Assembly: GCF_964355755.1 (NCBI RefSeq)
Contig: NC_092678.1
Span: 16,225,881 to 16,289,880, forward strand
Source of the DNA: Antedon mediterranea
Taxonomy: Eukaryota > Animalia > Echinodermata
DNA: 64,000 bases
Direction: 5' to 3'
Both the position numbers and the translations under genes were made by a program. Positions 1 through 15,000 of this stretch are shown piece after piece; the first letter of the stretch is position 1, and each line of letters begins with the position of its first letter. The notes beneath the pieces were generated by a model, which did no database searches, was not told where the DNA came from, and saw only the letters and a list, made by a program, of their open reading frames with translations.

Positions 1-2
1 AG

Positions 3-3000
3 ATGAAGTTTCTAATTTGTTTGTTTGTGTGTGTTTCGGTAACCAACGGCGACCTGTATCTGCATAATCCTAGAGGTTCCAACAATCGACTTAATGAGCA
101 GTCAGCCAATAGGAACAATGCAAACAGAATGTTTGACTCGCAGGTTAGTAAGTGGAAGGAAGGTTGGAGGTGGGGGGGGGGGGTTCACAATAGCCATGCG
201 GGGCTAAATAGTGGGGAGGAGGATTGGCACAATGACATGGTGATAAATTGAGATCACGTCCTTGTTTCAGGAGTCTGTTTAAATTGGTTTATTTGAACGG
301 TAAAGTACCAGGGCCAGCATGAGGCAGACGAGGCACTCGTCTGAAATTTTCAATTTTCACCACCCACCCCAATTCCCCAGCACAGATCAACATTTTATAT
401 TAATAATTATATTTAAAGCATCTTTGCCTCATCTGTTTTTAACCTCTAGCTACGACCTTGAGTACCTACAGTATACAATTGAATTACCACAAAATTTCAT
501 AAATGAATGAAAATTATACATTTATTTCTGAAAATACATTGATTGCAATTGTAAAAAATGAATAAATATGATATGATAATATACAGTAGTAGAGTAATTT
601 AATGTATACTGTTTGTTCAGCTGTTTGGAGCTGATGCTTTTATAATAAAATGATAATAATGTATTTATTTAAATCTATACATTGTTATTGTATTGTACAT
701 GTTTTCTTTTACTTATTTCACACACATACTGTAATGTGCATGACTCTATAAAATGACTTTGAAATGTTTTTTTGAAAATCATAATTCTTTATTTATTCGT
801 TTCAATTTCAGTTAACCCAATACCTTGTTAGAAATGTTATTCAAATATATCTACTGTATGCATATACTTTTATACACTAAAGCTCTGTCTACACTATCAA
901 TCTAGTTTGACAAAATAAATGTGATGTGCCCAAATATGGTATTGGTAGACTATATAGTGATATGACATCATCATGATTGTCCATATATGGGCACACATTT
1001 GTTTGTCACATTAAGTTTGATAGTGTAGACAGAGCTTTAGTGTATAAAATTATATGCATATATAAAACCTCTATTTATGGGACACCGGAACAATATGCTG
1101 CAGGTGTCCTCAGAATAAAGGTTTTAAGACTATCTCTCCTAATTCATTGGAAGTGTCCCCTTAATAGATTGTAGCTGGCGTCTCCCGATGGATGGTTTCT
1201 ACTGATTCTACTGAAATTTATTATTTTTTTTTTTTTTAAATGTACAGAATAACAATAGGGGAGGTTACAACTTTGGTGATTCATCAAATAATCCATCTAA
1301 CAACGAAAACCAACAATATAGAATGGTAAGGCTAAATGTTCAATATTAATTTTAAAGCCTGTGTATCAGGGTCACAGGTCATGATGTGAGTGTTTCCTGG
1401 TGAGGGTGAAATGGCAATGCGCGCTGCATGCTATAGGTATATTGTATTAAGCTACTGTAGAGTACCTTTTGCATCAGGGAGTTGCGAAAAAAAAAACATC
1501 TGACCAATTACTCAACTCCCTGATGCAAAAGCTACTCCACAGTAGTTTAATACAATTACAACCCTTTTGGTGCAGTGCCCGCTACTTACTTAGGCTCGAA
1601 TCTAACCACTAGCCATCAGCGCAAGCTCGGTGGTCTAGAGGTATGAACGGCAGGCTAGTGATCTGGGGGTTGTGGGTTCAAGTCCCACCGGAGAATTACT
1701 TGCAAATTTGTTCTTCATACGTCATACTAAGTACATTTGAGGACGAAAAAATTCTCAAGTGTCCTCAAATGTACTTAGTATGAAGTAAAACTTATGTCAG
1801 AGTAGGGCAAAACATCTGACCATTGCTATATGTATTAAGTTTAAATAAAAGAAAGAATATGAGGAAGCACATGTACCTACCTTACTTTGAACGCACTCGG
1901 AATTTCAACCAATTGGCAAATAAATGAATAGGTTTCAGTGGTGTAACGAAGGGGAACCAAACCTTGAAATCCCCAGTGGTCTAATGGTACAGTAGGATGT
2001 CTGCATATTAAACAGAAGATTCTGTGTACAAATCACGGTTGAGGATACTTTTTCTCATTCTCACAGATTTCAACATTCATAAATAATTTTATTTAACCAC
2101 TGAGAGGATAGACATTTCATGCCTGTAAATTATATTTAAGTTTTTTAATTTCAATATCAAGGGTTATTTGGTGTTCTGGAGCAGAAAAAAGGCACTTTGT
2201 TTAGTAATCAATTTGAAGGTTTTTCAAATCAATAATGTTTATTTTCCAAATTCTTAAATGTCAGATATAATCTCAAGCAGATAAAAATAACAGGTTATAT
2301 TTGAAATAATTCGACCTTAACAATTGGCAGAAAAAGGAAAGAAATAATAATACAATTGGTAATCACTTTAAAGGTCATGAATACTTTGTATTTTCTTTTA
2401 ATTGTTTAAGAAAACAATGAAAGTGAACAATTTCTATATTTAGTTACATAGCAGAACTAATTCAATATTTTAAACTGTTGATGAAAACACAGTAGGCCCT
2501 ATTATCAAATATCTTTATATAAATAAGCTCGTTGCAGTCTTTTAGTGTCAATTCAGAAAGCATTTCTGTCATTTTTGTGCAGTCGACCAGGAAATTTGAA
2601 GTTTGCATTGAAAAGAAACACAGTGACTGAACAAAACTTATAGTTACAATACTAGAACTAATTAAATGTGCATTAAACTGTTTGTGAAAACCATGGAGTA
2701 ATCCATGGTAAACACAGTATTATCAAATATCTTTATATAAATAAACTTGTTGCGGTATTTTAGTGTCAAAATAGAAAGCATTTCTGTCATAACCCTTGTG
2801 CAGTTGATCAGAAAATTTTTAAAGTTCGTTCCAAAAGAAACACAGTGATATGGAACAAAACATAGTTACATAGCAGAACTAATTGAATACAATTTGTTGG
2901 TGAAAGCATAGTATTTATCAAAAATCTTAATATAAAAAAAAATTGTTGCAGTTGTACTACCAAATGGTATATATAAATTGTATCAAATTTCTAGTGCATT

Positions 3001-6000
3001 TGATCTAAAGTTTGAAACTTGCAAAACTTGGTTACAATAGCCTACATAAGCCCACTGTAGCAGAAAATAAAATGTAAATGGAGGAATAATCTGCGACTTG
3101 CGCACAGGTGTGGACGACACATACCACAACTTTCTTCTTCCCTAAAAGCCAATTTACACAGACACAGAGCGGTAACGGTAAGCGGCACTTGTAAGCGAAA
3201 AACTACATGACTTTTCCTATTTACACAGCGCGCAGAGTTCGCAAACGGAGTGGTGGAAAGTAGGTGCGTGTAGGCCTAGAGGCTAATGCATGTTACAGTC
3301 ACTGCTGGCCTGGATGTGACTGACGGTTAGTAGGCCTAGCACACACAGTTTTAGAGAGACTAATAACGTACTAAAATGTATATTTTCTTTTCACTATCCT
3401 TATACGAACAATTAGTCACGTCATAGGCGTTTGTATTTCTCAATAAAAAGAAGTTGCAAAACTAGGCTAGGCCTACTACGGCACTCGTATTTATTGTCGT
3501 CTTTGACTCGACGGACGTAAAAAAAGTTATTGATAGATGACGTCATTTCAATCATGGCCAGAATCCATAATTTCTGCGCGGTATTTTCACAAAATAGAAT
3601 CTGTTTCGATCCTGAGCGGATTTCCGCTCAACCGCTCTTCCGCTCCGCGTTCTGTGTAAATGGTCATAAGAAATAACATAGATTATATTTTTGCGTTTTT
3701 CGCTCAACTTTCCCGTTACCGCTCGTCTGTGTAAATTGGCCTTAAGGGTCGACCTTCGTGCCCGTTCGTCTGTCCACAATGACAGAGGCTAAATGGATCA
3801 ATACACCGGGGTAACCCCTACTCTTCCGGATGATGTACTGGGTAACATAATTGAATGCAATAACTGTTGGTGAAAACACAGTTACTTTACCAAATTGAAC
3901 AAAATTGTTGCAGTTGTAATGAATGCCCGATGGTATATATTATATTACATTTCTAGTGCATTTGATCTATAGTATGAAATGAACAAAACTTGCTTACAGT
4001 AGCCTACACACTGTAATAATACAGTAAGTGTATTGTATTGTATTATCAAATATATTTATATTAACAAAACGGTTGATGTAAAAATTAAATGCATGCATAT
4101 TAATTCTGGTGCACTTTATAAGAAAATCTCAAGTTTTGCAGCTCAGAAATACAAAACAAACGTGATATGTACTTCCTGTGCTGACTTAATAACCTTTGAG
4201 GAAATTCCTCTACATGGCCTTGATCTTGTCCATGAATTCAAATTACTAATTCATAATTGCGTGAGATTTATTTATAATTAATAATAATTGGACAAAGATA
4301 CTGTTTTCTACAGTATGGATTTAATAAGAAATAGTTAAATATTTCAGATTGGCCGAGTGGTTGAGACAGGGGTACTGTAAATCATAGCCATAGGTGGGGG
4401 CTAAACAGGCTTTAGCCCCCACCCACCCCCCTAAAATTTAACAGCCATATATTTTTTTACAATAAAATATGACTATTTTTATTTTTCTGCAATCTGACGG
4501 ATCATTTTATCATTTATGAAATAATCTATTCTAATCTATAATAACGCTTGATCTGCCCCTGATATGATAACCCTTTATTGAGTACTAAAACTTGAAGCTA
4601 AATGTATTATATCATAGATATTTATCTTACAAAATGACTCGATTAGAAGAGTATGGTATAAACGGTGTACAGGTATTTGCGAGATAATACAAATCTCGCA
4701 GATGGGTATGTGTACAAATTGTAAGCATCTTTTAGCAAACAAACAAGAAATGAATACAGTTCCTATCATGCGATATGTATTTGCTTTATGATATGGAAAG
4801 TATTTTATATTTTAAGGTCATGTCAACGTCATTACAACGTATTATTGTTTGAAGTCATTGTCGTAAATTTATTTGCTCTCTCTGATATGAAAAGTATTTA
4901 TATTTAGCCCTGATCACACTTAGCATTAACAGCCTAATTACCAAACTTGCATTTCTGTCCAACATAGTGTACCTTATGTGAATATAGTCAACTTTCCAAA
5001 CCCCAAACTCTCCCACAACCAGATTTTTCTTGAAGTCCAAAAGGTCCCAATCATTTTTACCATTAAAAACACATTCTGAATTCCAGACTTTGGAAAACCA
5101 GACTATTTGGCCAGCCCAAAAGTGTATTACCATTGTATATTGATAAGATGTGTATATTATTATGAACAGTTGATCGATTTTCCCAATCAATTGTCCCCCA
5201 TTCAATCCACCATAGTTTGTGAAAGCTCAACCATTAAACAATCCAACCAACCATCAATTTAAACTGTTGTTTGTTGAGGTTCGCTGATACTGATAGTAAA
5301 CATTTTTTCAGAAAGAAATTAGTGAAATTTGACATTTAGCATGAACGTATTAGTTACCTCTAATTTCTAATATCAAATAAGCCTATTAGATACAGTAGGA
5401 GAAAAACAATGGTTTTGCTAAACCTGCAACTTACCTTTAAAAAAGAAAAGCAAATTTAACCCACCATCAAACCAACATAAAAGTTATTAAATCATGTAGG
5501 GTGTTTTCAAGGTTTAACAATTGTTTTTAACCATTATTTTTAACCAAAAATAATGTTTTACCTTGAAAATATGTTGTTAATAACAAAAATGTATACTTTT
5601 TTTAATTGGTTTCACCAAGTAAATTGTACACTTTACATGGTTGAATGTTGGTTCGGTTGAATTTCAATATTTTTTTTTAGGTTTCCAGGGGTTTGCACGG
5701 TTTAGCAATACCATAAGTTATGAAAGGTGTTTGACTTCTCCCAATAGGTGTTCCCTAAGGTTCAACATGTAGACTTTTAACTTTTTGAATTGTGTGCTGT
5801 GAAACAAAAGAAAATCATTGGAAATTACTATCTACTTCCTCATTCTTACATAAACAATAGGAGCCCTGATTCAGCACATTTCACACACAAGGGAAGCTGA
5901 TTTTACAGGTTATTTCCTAGCTGATTTTAAAGCTAAGCTTTATTAGGCTCGTTTGATTTAGCATAGGTGTATACTGAATCGTTGGCGTCAGCTCTGCTAC

Positions 6001-9000
6001 TTAATCCATAGATTAGAATCCGGAGGAAATTATTCCTACTGTTTGATACACTAAGCAGTGTATTAGTGACTTGCTAAAAATAGAACTGTGTAGATTTATT
6101 TTTTGACAGTACTACAGAATAGCTATTGTTTTGTAGAACAAGATAATCTGGGCATTGTTTGAGTGATGGCATTTGACGTTTATTATAATCATCATCATCA
6201 TCAGTTGGCTGTGGAGTAGGCGACTACAAGCTTTCTCCAGCCACAACGGTCCTTGGCTAACTCTGACAGCTTATCAGTTGTAATCATGCCTCCTTCATCC
6301 CCTAAAAGCTGTTGGATGTATCTCAGAAAGTTGGTTCTCTGCCTTTCTCGTTTTCTTAAATTCCCATGTTGAGGAACATACAGAGCGTACTCTTTGCATG
6401 GTTCGTCATCAGGCATTCGAAGCGCGTGGCCCAGGAACTTTAATTGACGGGATCTAATATTTTCCATTAGCGGCCTGGTCTTGGTTAGGTCATAGATAGA
6501 AGCATTTGGCACCCTTATTATAATCACAACTGACATCTTTTACAATTTGTGAAAAAGATTATTTTCATATTTTTCTGAAATAAAATTTAAGGAACCACTT
6601 TCAAAAACTTTGGTTTTGTAAAACACATACCTACCATGATTGCACAGAATTTTTTGTTTGCGACCAGCCCCTGTGAAGAACAACCATGTGTTGATCTGGG
6701 CCTGCCGTGGATAAATTTGAATTGAATTAAAAAAGATCTGAATTTATACTCAATAAAATGTATTTAAAACATGCAGCCCATAGTACTGTAGTTGGTAGTA
6801 CTTAAAGATAAATACACAAAAACCACAGAAAAGTTATACAAATTAAGAATTTTTTTCTTATGATATGTACAATTTTATCTTTGTATGTGAGTTCAAAATT
6901 CTATGAACTTCCAAATATTAATATTGTGGCAGTAGACTAATTTAGCCTAGGTGAGAAAATCTGCAATTGATAGTTCAACAACATTCTCTGTTAAGATGCC
7001 TTTTTTGTTTTTGTTCAGGAGTATTTCATGAGTGGGCCATATATGAAGTATGTTGACGAAGATGGCGTACCTACCGGCGAGGGACAGTCGTTACTAAATA
7101 TTGAATGGACCAATCAGCACGGATGTGGTGGAGATGAGGACAGCGACCCTCACAAGACCAATTGTATGTTGATCATGCAGTACATGTGTCAAGATGATGA
7201 TGCAGCAGGAGGTACGGTAGAGTTCTAATTATTCATGTCAATATTGCTGTACCTTACTCTATTCCAATAAGTACAGTCGTATATTTATTTGTCATTCTAC
7301 CACAAACACTCACATGTTATCCCTATGTAGTCACTACCTATAATAGAGAGGTTTCGCAATCTTACGAATACGATAACGAAAACGGATACGTCACGCACAC
7401 GTATTCGTTTTCGTAAGCCCTAAAAAAAATCTGTTTCGCATGGCAACGAAATATTGAGGCGCGTCCAAAATATGACTGCGGTAAATTTGAGCGAAGCGCA
7501 GGTACGTGTTGCTTGGTGCTTGGCTGCCTAGGCCTAGCGTAACATTAAAGCAAGTGAGGACTTTAAAAACTGCTAATTATCAAAATTGACTTGGCATCTA
7601 TATATATCATATCATATATCATATCATATCATTTATTTCGCCAATATACAGAACAGTACAAAAAAACAATACAAAAGTAAGTCAATGAGGCCGGATAACC
7701 TAAAAGTTACAAATAAAAATAACCGTCGAGAGGCTCTCCACATCGAAATACTTACATAAAATGAATAATACATGGATTCTATTAAAATTTAGATAAAACT
7801 ATAAAATTCAGCAATGTGTTTTTATAAAAAATTGTAAATTTAAAAAGATAGAATTAAGAAAATATCTTTAAAATATACATATGTTCAGATTAAAACAGAT
7901 TGTTAAAAAATTTCTTAAGGCTATCCTTAAAACAGTTTATATTAATTAAATAATATAAATAATAATAATAATATAATATAATATAAATTTACGTAAGGGC
8001 AAAATTCGGTAAATCGCGCGTTATTTCTAGAATGTTTACTCGATGGTATATAAAGTTGGTTCGTACTTTCGGTACTAATTTTAACCACCTGATGTAACCC
8101 TGTTTACTAATTAAATTGAGTTCGATAATTAGTTATTGACGATTAAAACGAATTTAGGTTCAACGATTTGCCCCAAATAGGGGTGTTTTTCGATCGTGGT
8201 ATACACTGTCTAATGGATGTCCGTCTTGAAAAATACCCGCAGACAATAATACGAGGATGCTTCGCGTTTTCCTATCTCCTCCTACGATAATTTTTTTTAA
8301 TGGCTGAAAACCGGTTGAACAGCTCGAGTACAGCATCATAATGTTGAAGACAAGCCGATTTTCTTTAAAAAATACTATTTTGATAGATTTAATATACGTT
8401 TATACAAATGTATTGATTTGCGATGAATGGAACAATCCAATCTCTGTTCCACAAGTGTCTATTCCATCAGGCGTCGTAAAGGCAAGTACTGTATACTCAT
8501 AACAGAAATTCGATCCATTTTTTTCCAACCAACCCAACCATTTCAATCTGTGCTGCAGAGGTTGGATATAAATTTTTTTTAAACGGATAATGAGCTAGCG
8601 TTTTCACTCGCCGTATATTATGTACACATCTTTATTATTGCAGTTAAACCACCAACATCACCACCCTTCCCTCACTGGCATGAGTAGCGTTGTAAAACCA
8701 GTAGAGGATGGGCCTACGGTACATCACATGCCATAAACGCAGAACAACTTTGGTGGGTAGGGTAGGAACCAACTTAAGTATGAATTGGCTCTAAGAAACA
8801 ATTGAAAACCATTAGGCCTACTAATTAGGTTGAGTTAGATAATTTAATATTTATTGAGGATTAAATCGAATTTATGATTTTCCCCGAATAGAGGTGGTTT
8901 TCACAAATTGTTTTATATTATATAAACATATGTAACACGTCGTAGTGATGTATCGTTACATGTACTGTACTATTTCAATCGACTATGACAGTGATAGTTT

Positions 9001-12000
9001 CAACAAAGTATTAAATCGCAATGTTTTACTGTGTGTAGTGGTATATTATTTGTAAAACATGAAAACAATTAATATTTCGTTACTAAATGGATAAAGAATA
9101 TTAAAAATTGTTCCTCTTTGCACCCATCCTCTTCCCCATCCCTCAACCCTAATGTTACATACAAAACACAAATTAAGTTTGTTTAAATTTGACTTAAACA
9201 ATTGGTCTCATTTTGTGACAAGTTTCTCTTTCGGAAGTAATTCCCAGGGTGCTAATTTTAGTTGAGTACATAAATCACAGTGTCTATTTATTCGTTCCTG
9301 TAAACGACATGTATTATTGTCCTGCGGTACGTACATTTGAAATCGCCAGTTTTTTAACGCTGAAATTATTATGTATCCGAGAACCATCTGTGGGCACGAC
9401 CTAGATGGTACGCGAGCGAAGCGAGCGTACCATCTAGTTTTAGTAAATTACTTTCAATAAATCTATAATTATATTTTCATTCCTGATTCAAATGCAAAAT
9501 GTGCAAAATAGATCAAAAACTATACTCGTTTTGTAGTTACGAATATGGCTGGTGATATTCGTCAACACGAATATAATGCTTTACGAATATGAAATGGGGG
9601 TCAGCTCAAAAGTTTCACAAATGTATGACGTATCCGTTTACATTATCGTATTCGTAAGGTTGCGAAACCTTCCTATTGATATAATATTGGATGGCTTTAC
9701 TTTCATGATCATTGATGACATGTTTCCTGTTTCAAAAAGAGTACTTTTTTAAGAAGACCCAACAAGTTGTCCTCTCAATAAGGAATGTCCCCTGAATAGA
9801 GGTATCTAAGAGGATTGTTTCTACTGTATTAAAAATCATCTCTTATTGTGTGACACTTATTCAAGGGACACAACAATTGAATGGACATTTTTCTGTGAAT
9901 GAACACGGAGCAATATATGTTTTTACACTAACACTAATCCCTATTAGGGATTATTACGCTCTTGGAAAAACTAAATGAAAATCTGTCAAAAACCAGATTC
10001 ACTTTTAGTGATATCAAAGGCATTTTTATTAGGTATCTAATCCATATTCATTATTAGGTATCTAATCCATTTGCACAGTGGCTGTGTGTGACAGTGGCTG
10101 TGTTTGTGTGGACTAGTACACCGGGGTAACCCCCTACTCGTCTCGAAAGATGTTCTAGGTTCTTTAAAGTGCACACAAGCTAGATGGGTACACTGGACCT
10201 ACGATTTATAGTCCTTTTCCGAGAAGACTCGTTCTATCACCTACCATGGAGCGAGTTAGCCTCGAACCCTTGCCGATGTTATGGCTACGTAATTACGGTT
10301 ACGTAATTACGGTTCCACTGTCTTAATCGCTCGGCCACTCACTCGCTTTAACTGCTCGGCCACTCACTTGCTTTAACTGCTCGGCCACTCACTCGCTTTA
10401 TTATTAGGTATCTAATCCATATTAATTATTAGGTATCTAATGCATATTCATTTAGGTATCTAATGCATATTCATTTAGGTATCTAATGCATATTCATTTA
10501 GGTATCTTATGCATTATTCATTTTATTAATTCATCAGTATTTGATTACAATTGGGATTCCACTTATAAAATAAGATTTCTCATAATCATACTAGAAAATG
10601 TTGAAATCCGTAATGGTCAGAACACAAATACGCAGCAACACACTCGAATACAAAACTTGAATGAAAATCAAAACCAGGCCAATAATCGTAGGAACAACGA
10701 TGTACAAGCAAATCGTGGTTTACAGGAGCCTTGGGAATGGTACGATAAATGTTACAACAGAGAAAGAAATATGGGTAAGTGACATACTTTATTTCAACTT
10801 GTAGATTATCTTTGTTGTAAGTAAGTATTTGAATAAGTGATCAAATTGAATGAACATAGCTGTCTAATAATGATGTTGTTGATTGAAAATTTTACCTGAA
10901 AATGGAGAAGATAAAATAAGCACAATTGAATAATTTAACAGTCAAATTGAATGAGTAAAGAAGTTGAAAAGGGGATCCAATTAAATAAGCAATCTGATTG
11001 AATAAGGAAACTACGATTGAAAGATTGCAGAAGTTGAATAAGAACAGCATTTGAAAAAGAATAATTTTGTTATTAGAAAATTGTACCTGAAAATGGATAA
11101 GATAAAATAATCACTACAACTGAATAATTTAACAGTTAAATAAGTGCTCAAATTAAATGAGTAAAGCAGTTGAATAAGCAATCTGATTGAATAAGGGCAG
11201 AAGTTGAATATTAATAACGTCGTTGAATAATTGAATAATAATTAAACAGTCAAATAAGTGCTCAATTAAATGAGTAAAATAGTTAAATAGGGATCCAATT
11301 GAATAAAGCACTCCAATTGAATAAGTCACATCACCACACAATTTAAGTATATGATACAATTCTCTTCTTAAAAGGTCTATTTACGGCCGATCAGAACCTA
11401 AGAACTGATAACGGCAATGGATATAGTTCTGCAATTTACACACGACAGAATCCTCAAGGAACCCAGAGGGGGTATGAGTGCCCGGAAGAGCGTGACTATT
11501 ATCCCTATTGGCATCCCACCCCATGGAGAGATGTTGCAGTTCTTGTACAGAATGTATCTGAATGCAGGTTAGTGGATTTAGTTTCCTTCTGTTATTTTCT
11601 TTTGTTTTTCATGTTTTATTTATTGACCTTTGCATTCTAAACACTAAAGCATGTAATCACTAAATTGTGTAGTACCTCTTGTACATTGTGTAGAAACCTT
11701 TGACCATATGTACAAATAATTCAAATAAATCAAAAAGTCTTGAAGTTTTAAGCTTTTTCTACACCATCAAACTTTATGTGACAAAACAAATGTGATGTGC
11801 CCATAATATGGACATGTCAAACTAGATTGAATGATAGTGTAGTAGACAAAACTTTATAAATTGAGAAGCCCTCCATGTGCTAAAAATATCAGGAGGCATA
11901 CTGTAGTTTGGTCCTCTATTGGCTGGACACCCTGGAGGCATTATTTTTTTCCTATCCAATTAAGCCAGAAATCATGAATAATTATAAATAATTGCAGGAT

Positions 12001-15000
12001 AGCTGATCTTCCTAAATATACTGAATCTATCCCTCTAAATAATCTCAGCTCTCAACTATTAAAAAAATGTTCTTGAAAGACCTGAAACCGATGGCTCCAG
12101 TGTAACAGCTTAAAGCCTTTACCACTAGACCAAACATTTTGGTTCGCAAACGCTGTCTACACAAATTATTTAATCTCTCTGCATGCTTATATAACGCCCT
12201 CTATAATATTCCATATTATGTCAAATTTTTCTAATAAATTTGTCATGATTTCTGGCTTAATTGGATAAGAAAAAAAATAATGCACCCTGGAGAGTCTCTG
12301 TATTATGTGAGGTTGAACTGTGTTTTATTATCTTATACATAGGCATATGTTTATAGATTATATTATTACCCTAGTCACCTATAAAATGTTCATTCAATAT
12401 TTGCAGCACTTTACAAGGCGCAAGTTACAATGTCCAACCGTACTATGAATGCGTGGAGTTCTATAACAATGCTAGAACACAGCGTAAGCACTGGTCACGA
12501 TACAACAACCAGGCTGACTGTGAGGCGAATGACGGTGATTGGCTACCATTCACGGCCTATTTGGAGACAGCACCAAGTAAATGCGCTTTTTTGTTTTAAT
12601 TTCAATTTAGAAACAAATTCACTTAAGAAAATATTACCTTATTGCCATGTGTTTTGTGTATGATAAAACATATTTCATATTTCTATAGAAAATTACATTA
12701 TCAACAGATGATCTTAAATAATTTATTAATGAAATATAGGTTAATTATTTTACCTGAAAAATTAGGTTTTGATCATATGTATTCTTGAAGAAAGTTTGCA
12801 GAGTTAAAAGTCAATTTACATTATATTATATATATAGTCAAATATATCGTATCATATGCTGTACATTGATATTAAATAATAGTTTCTTTATTTCTCTCTT
12901 AAGCCTACACTACAGAATCCCAATGCAATGCAGCCAATAACCGTAATGATGGCGCAACGTATGTGTGGGGCAGGCCCGAAGGAGGCTTAGATCTGCAATG
13001 CCTCGTTGCCGTACCTGCTCCAGACTGCTTACAAGCCCCATGGAGTAGGGATAATCATCTAGGAAACACTAGAACCGGAGAGAATGCCCAGTACACCATG
13101 ACACTTCCGTATTTCCCATCGGGAAACTTTAAGAGATGCGCTTTCAGAATGCGGTATGACTAATAATTTATTATTTCTTTTTATTTCAAATTCAATTACT
13201 GTATTTATTCGATTAAACGCCCGCTTTGAATAAACCCCTTTAATAAACAAACCCCTCATAGAAAATCATTTGGAATAATCTTCATCCTCAAATAAAAGCC
13301 GTGGGGCGTGCAATTATTCCTCGAATAAACTCTCTGCCACATGCATATAAACAATATTGTATTACAACAAACGATAAGTTTACCAATTAACATAAAGAAT
13401 TAATTTTCATATTATAATTGAATTTATCTTTTGAAATCAGTGGTGATTCTTCTGCATGCCCCACCCGCAGAAGGCCTAGGTTTGAAGATTATGTAGTGGG
13501 ATTTATAATTGGATTGCATTAGCAGGGGAATTTACCAAACTCGTATGTCCAAATTTATCCTACATTAAGGGGTGAGATTATACTGCAAGCATTGATTAAT
13601 CATGGTATAAATCTTAAGTTTAGAAAAATAAATCTAGTCAACCAGTTGACTAATTTTGTTTTTCAAAACTTAATACTACCTGGACAATATCCATAGCTGG
13701 TATAAATAGTAGGAAAAACATCGAGACTTTACCTATATAGACAATTTCTTCCATTTTTTTTAGATATAACATCACAACAGATGACTATGACCCAGCCAAT
13801 ACAGATGCTAGCCATAACCAGAACTAGTAAGTGTAATACTGAATGCTTTTTCTTCTTTCCTAATAAAATTGGTATACCTGTAAAAAAGTTATCAGGTATA
13901 AAAATGGCATATCTACCAATCTACCTGTTGGAAATCAGCAGTAGCACACTGATTGCATCATTAGGCAAGATGCTTTACTCTCATTACCTTGTCCTTCGGA
14001 TGAGATGTTTTTCCTGTGTAAGTATGATGTATATATCAGCAGTTAAAAGAGCATTGCTGTAAAATGCCTGTGCTTCTTCAAGTAGTAATTGCAAGTTTTT
14101 TGTATATTCAACTAAATTCTTTCATTTGTTAAACCTTTTATTACAGTCAAACAGGAAGGGTATCACCAATCCAGAATAACCCTAACGTAGACGTTGGAGC
14201 TGACAGTGTTCCTCTTCGATTGGCTGTAAATACTGCACAATTTGGTCGAGTCTTTCAAGACAGGTCACATGTTTTCAAGATTGCTCCCAGACCAGACCGT
14301 GAAGGTATGTTTCATAACACACTTAAATGTATCCTGGCCGTTTGATTGGTTAATCATGTATCGCATGTCATTCAGTATAGTTCTACTAAATGGAAAAGTG
14401 ATATTTAATAGTGATATTGAATGGTACTATTTAATGGTACTATTGCACATCTAAATGTATTCTTACCATTTGCTTGGTCCCATGTATCACATGGAATTCG
14501 GCATTAGTTATACTAAATGGAAAATAATATTCAATGGGGATATTTAATGGTACTATTTAATCGTACTATTGCACGTTCAGCTTTTTGCAAACATTTTGTG
14601 CAAAAATTTGGGCTGTTGACTGAGGTGTTGAAAAACCAACCTGTAGTGTGTAACATTTATAACTGTTCTACTCTGCATCCAAAATTGGATATCGTGTTCA
14701 GGGAATTATCATAATTACTAAAAAATATACATTTTATTGCTTAATAGGTATTGAATCAGCAAAGATTGTGAACTTGAACGTTCGTGGAAAGCGTGGTAAC
14801 ATCGTGCAAGTGTATCCAGCAATTGAGTACGATTTTGTACCAACACGTTTAACGATCGATGAAGGAGACATGATTCATATACAATGGACAGGTAGGTTTT
14901 TGTAATCTTCTGTAATATCATTATAATAGGTAGCACACGTTATGACACCTAAGAGTATATTTGCCATCTGATTGGTTGATTTGGTATTGTTCGTTTTTAT

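Noticed and set aside
1624-1695. Functional tRNA-Thr(AGT)
   Set aside because: Acceptor, D and anticodon stems have several mismatches, so it is kept only as tRNA-like.
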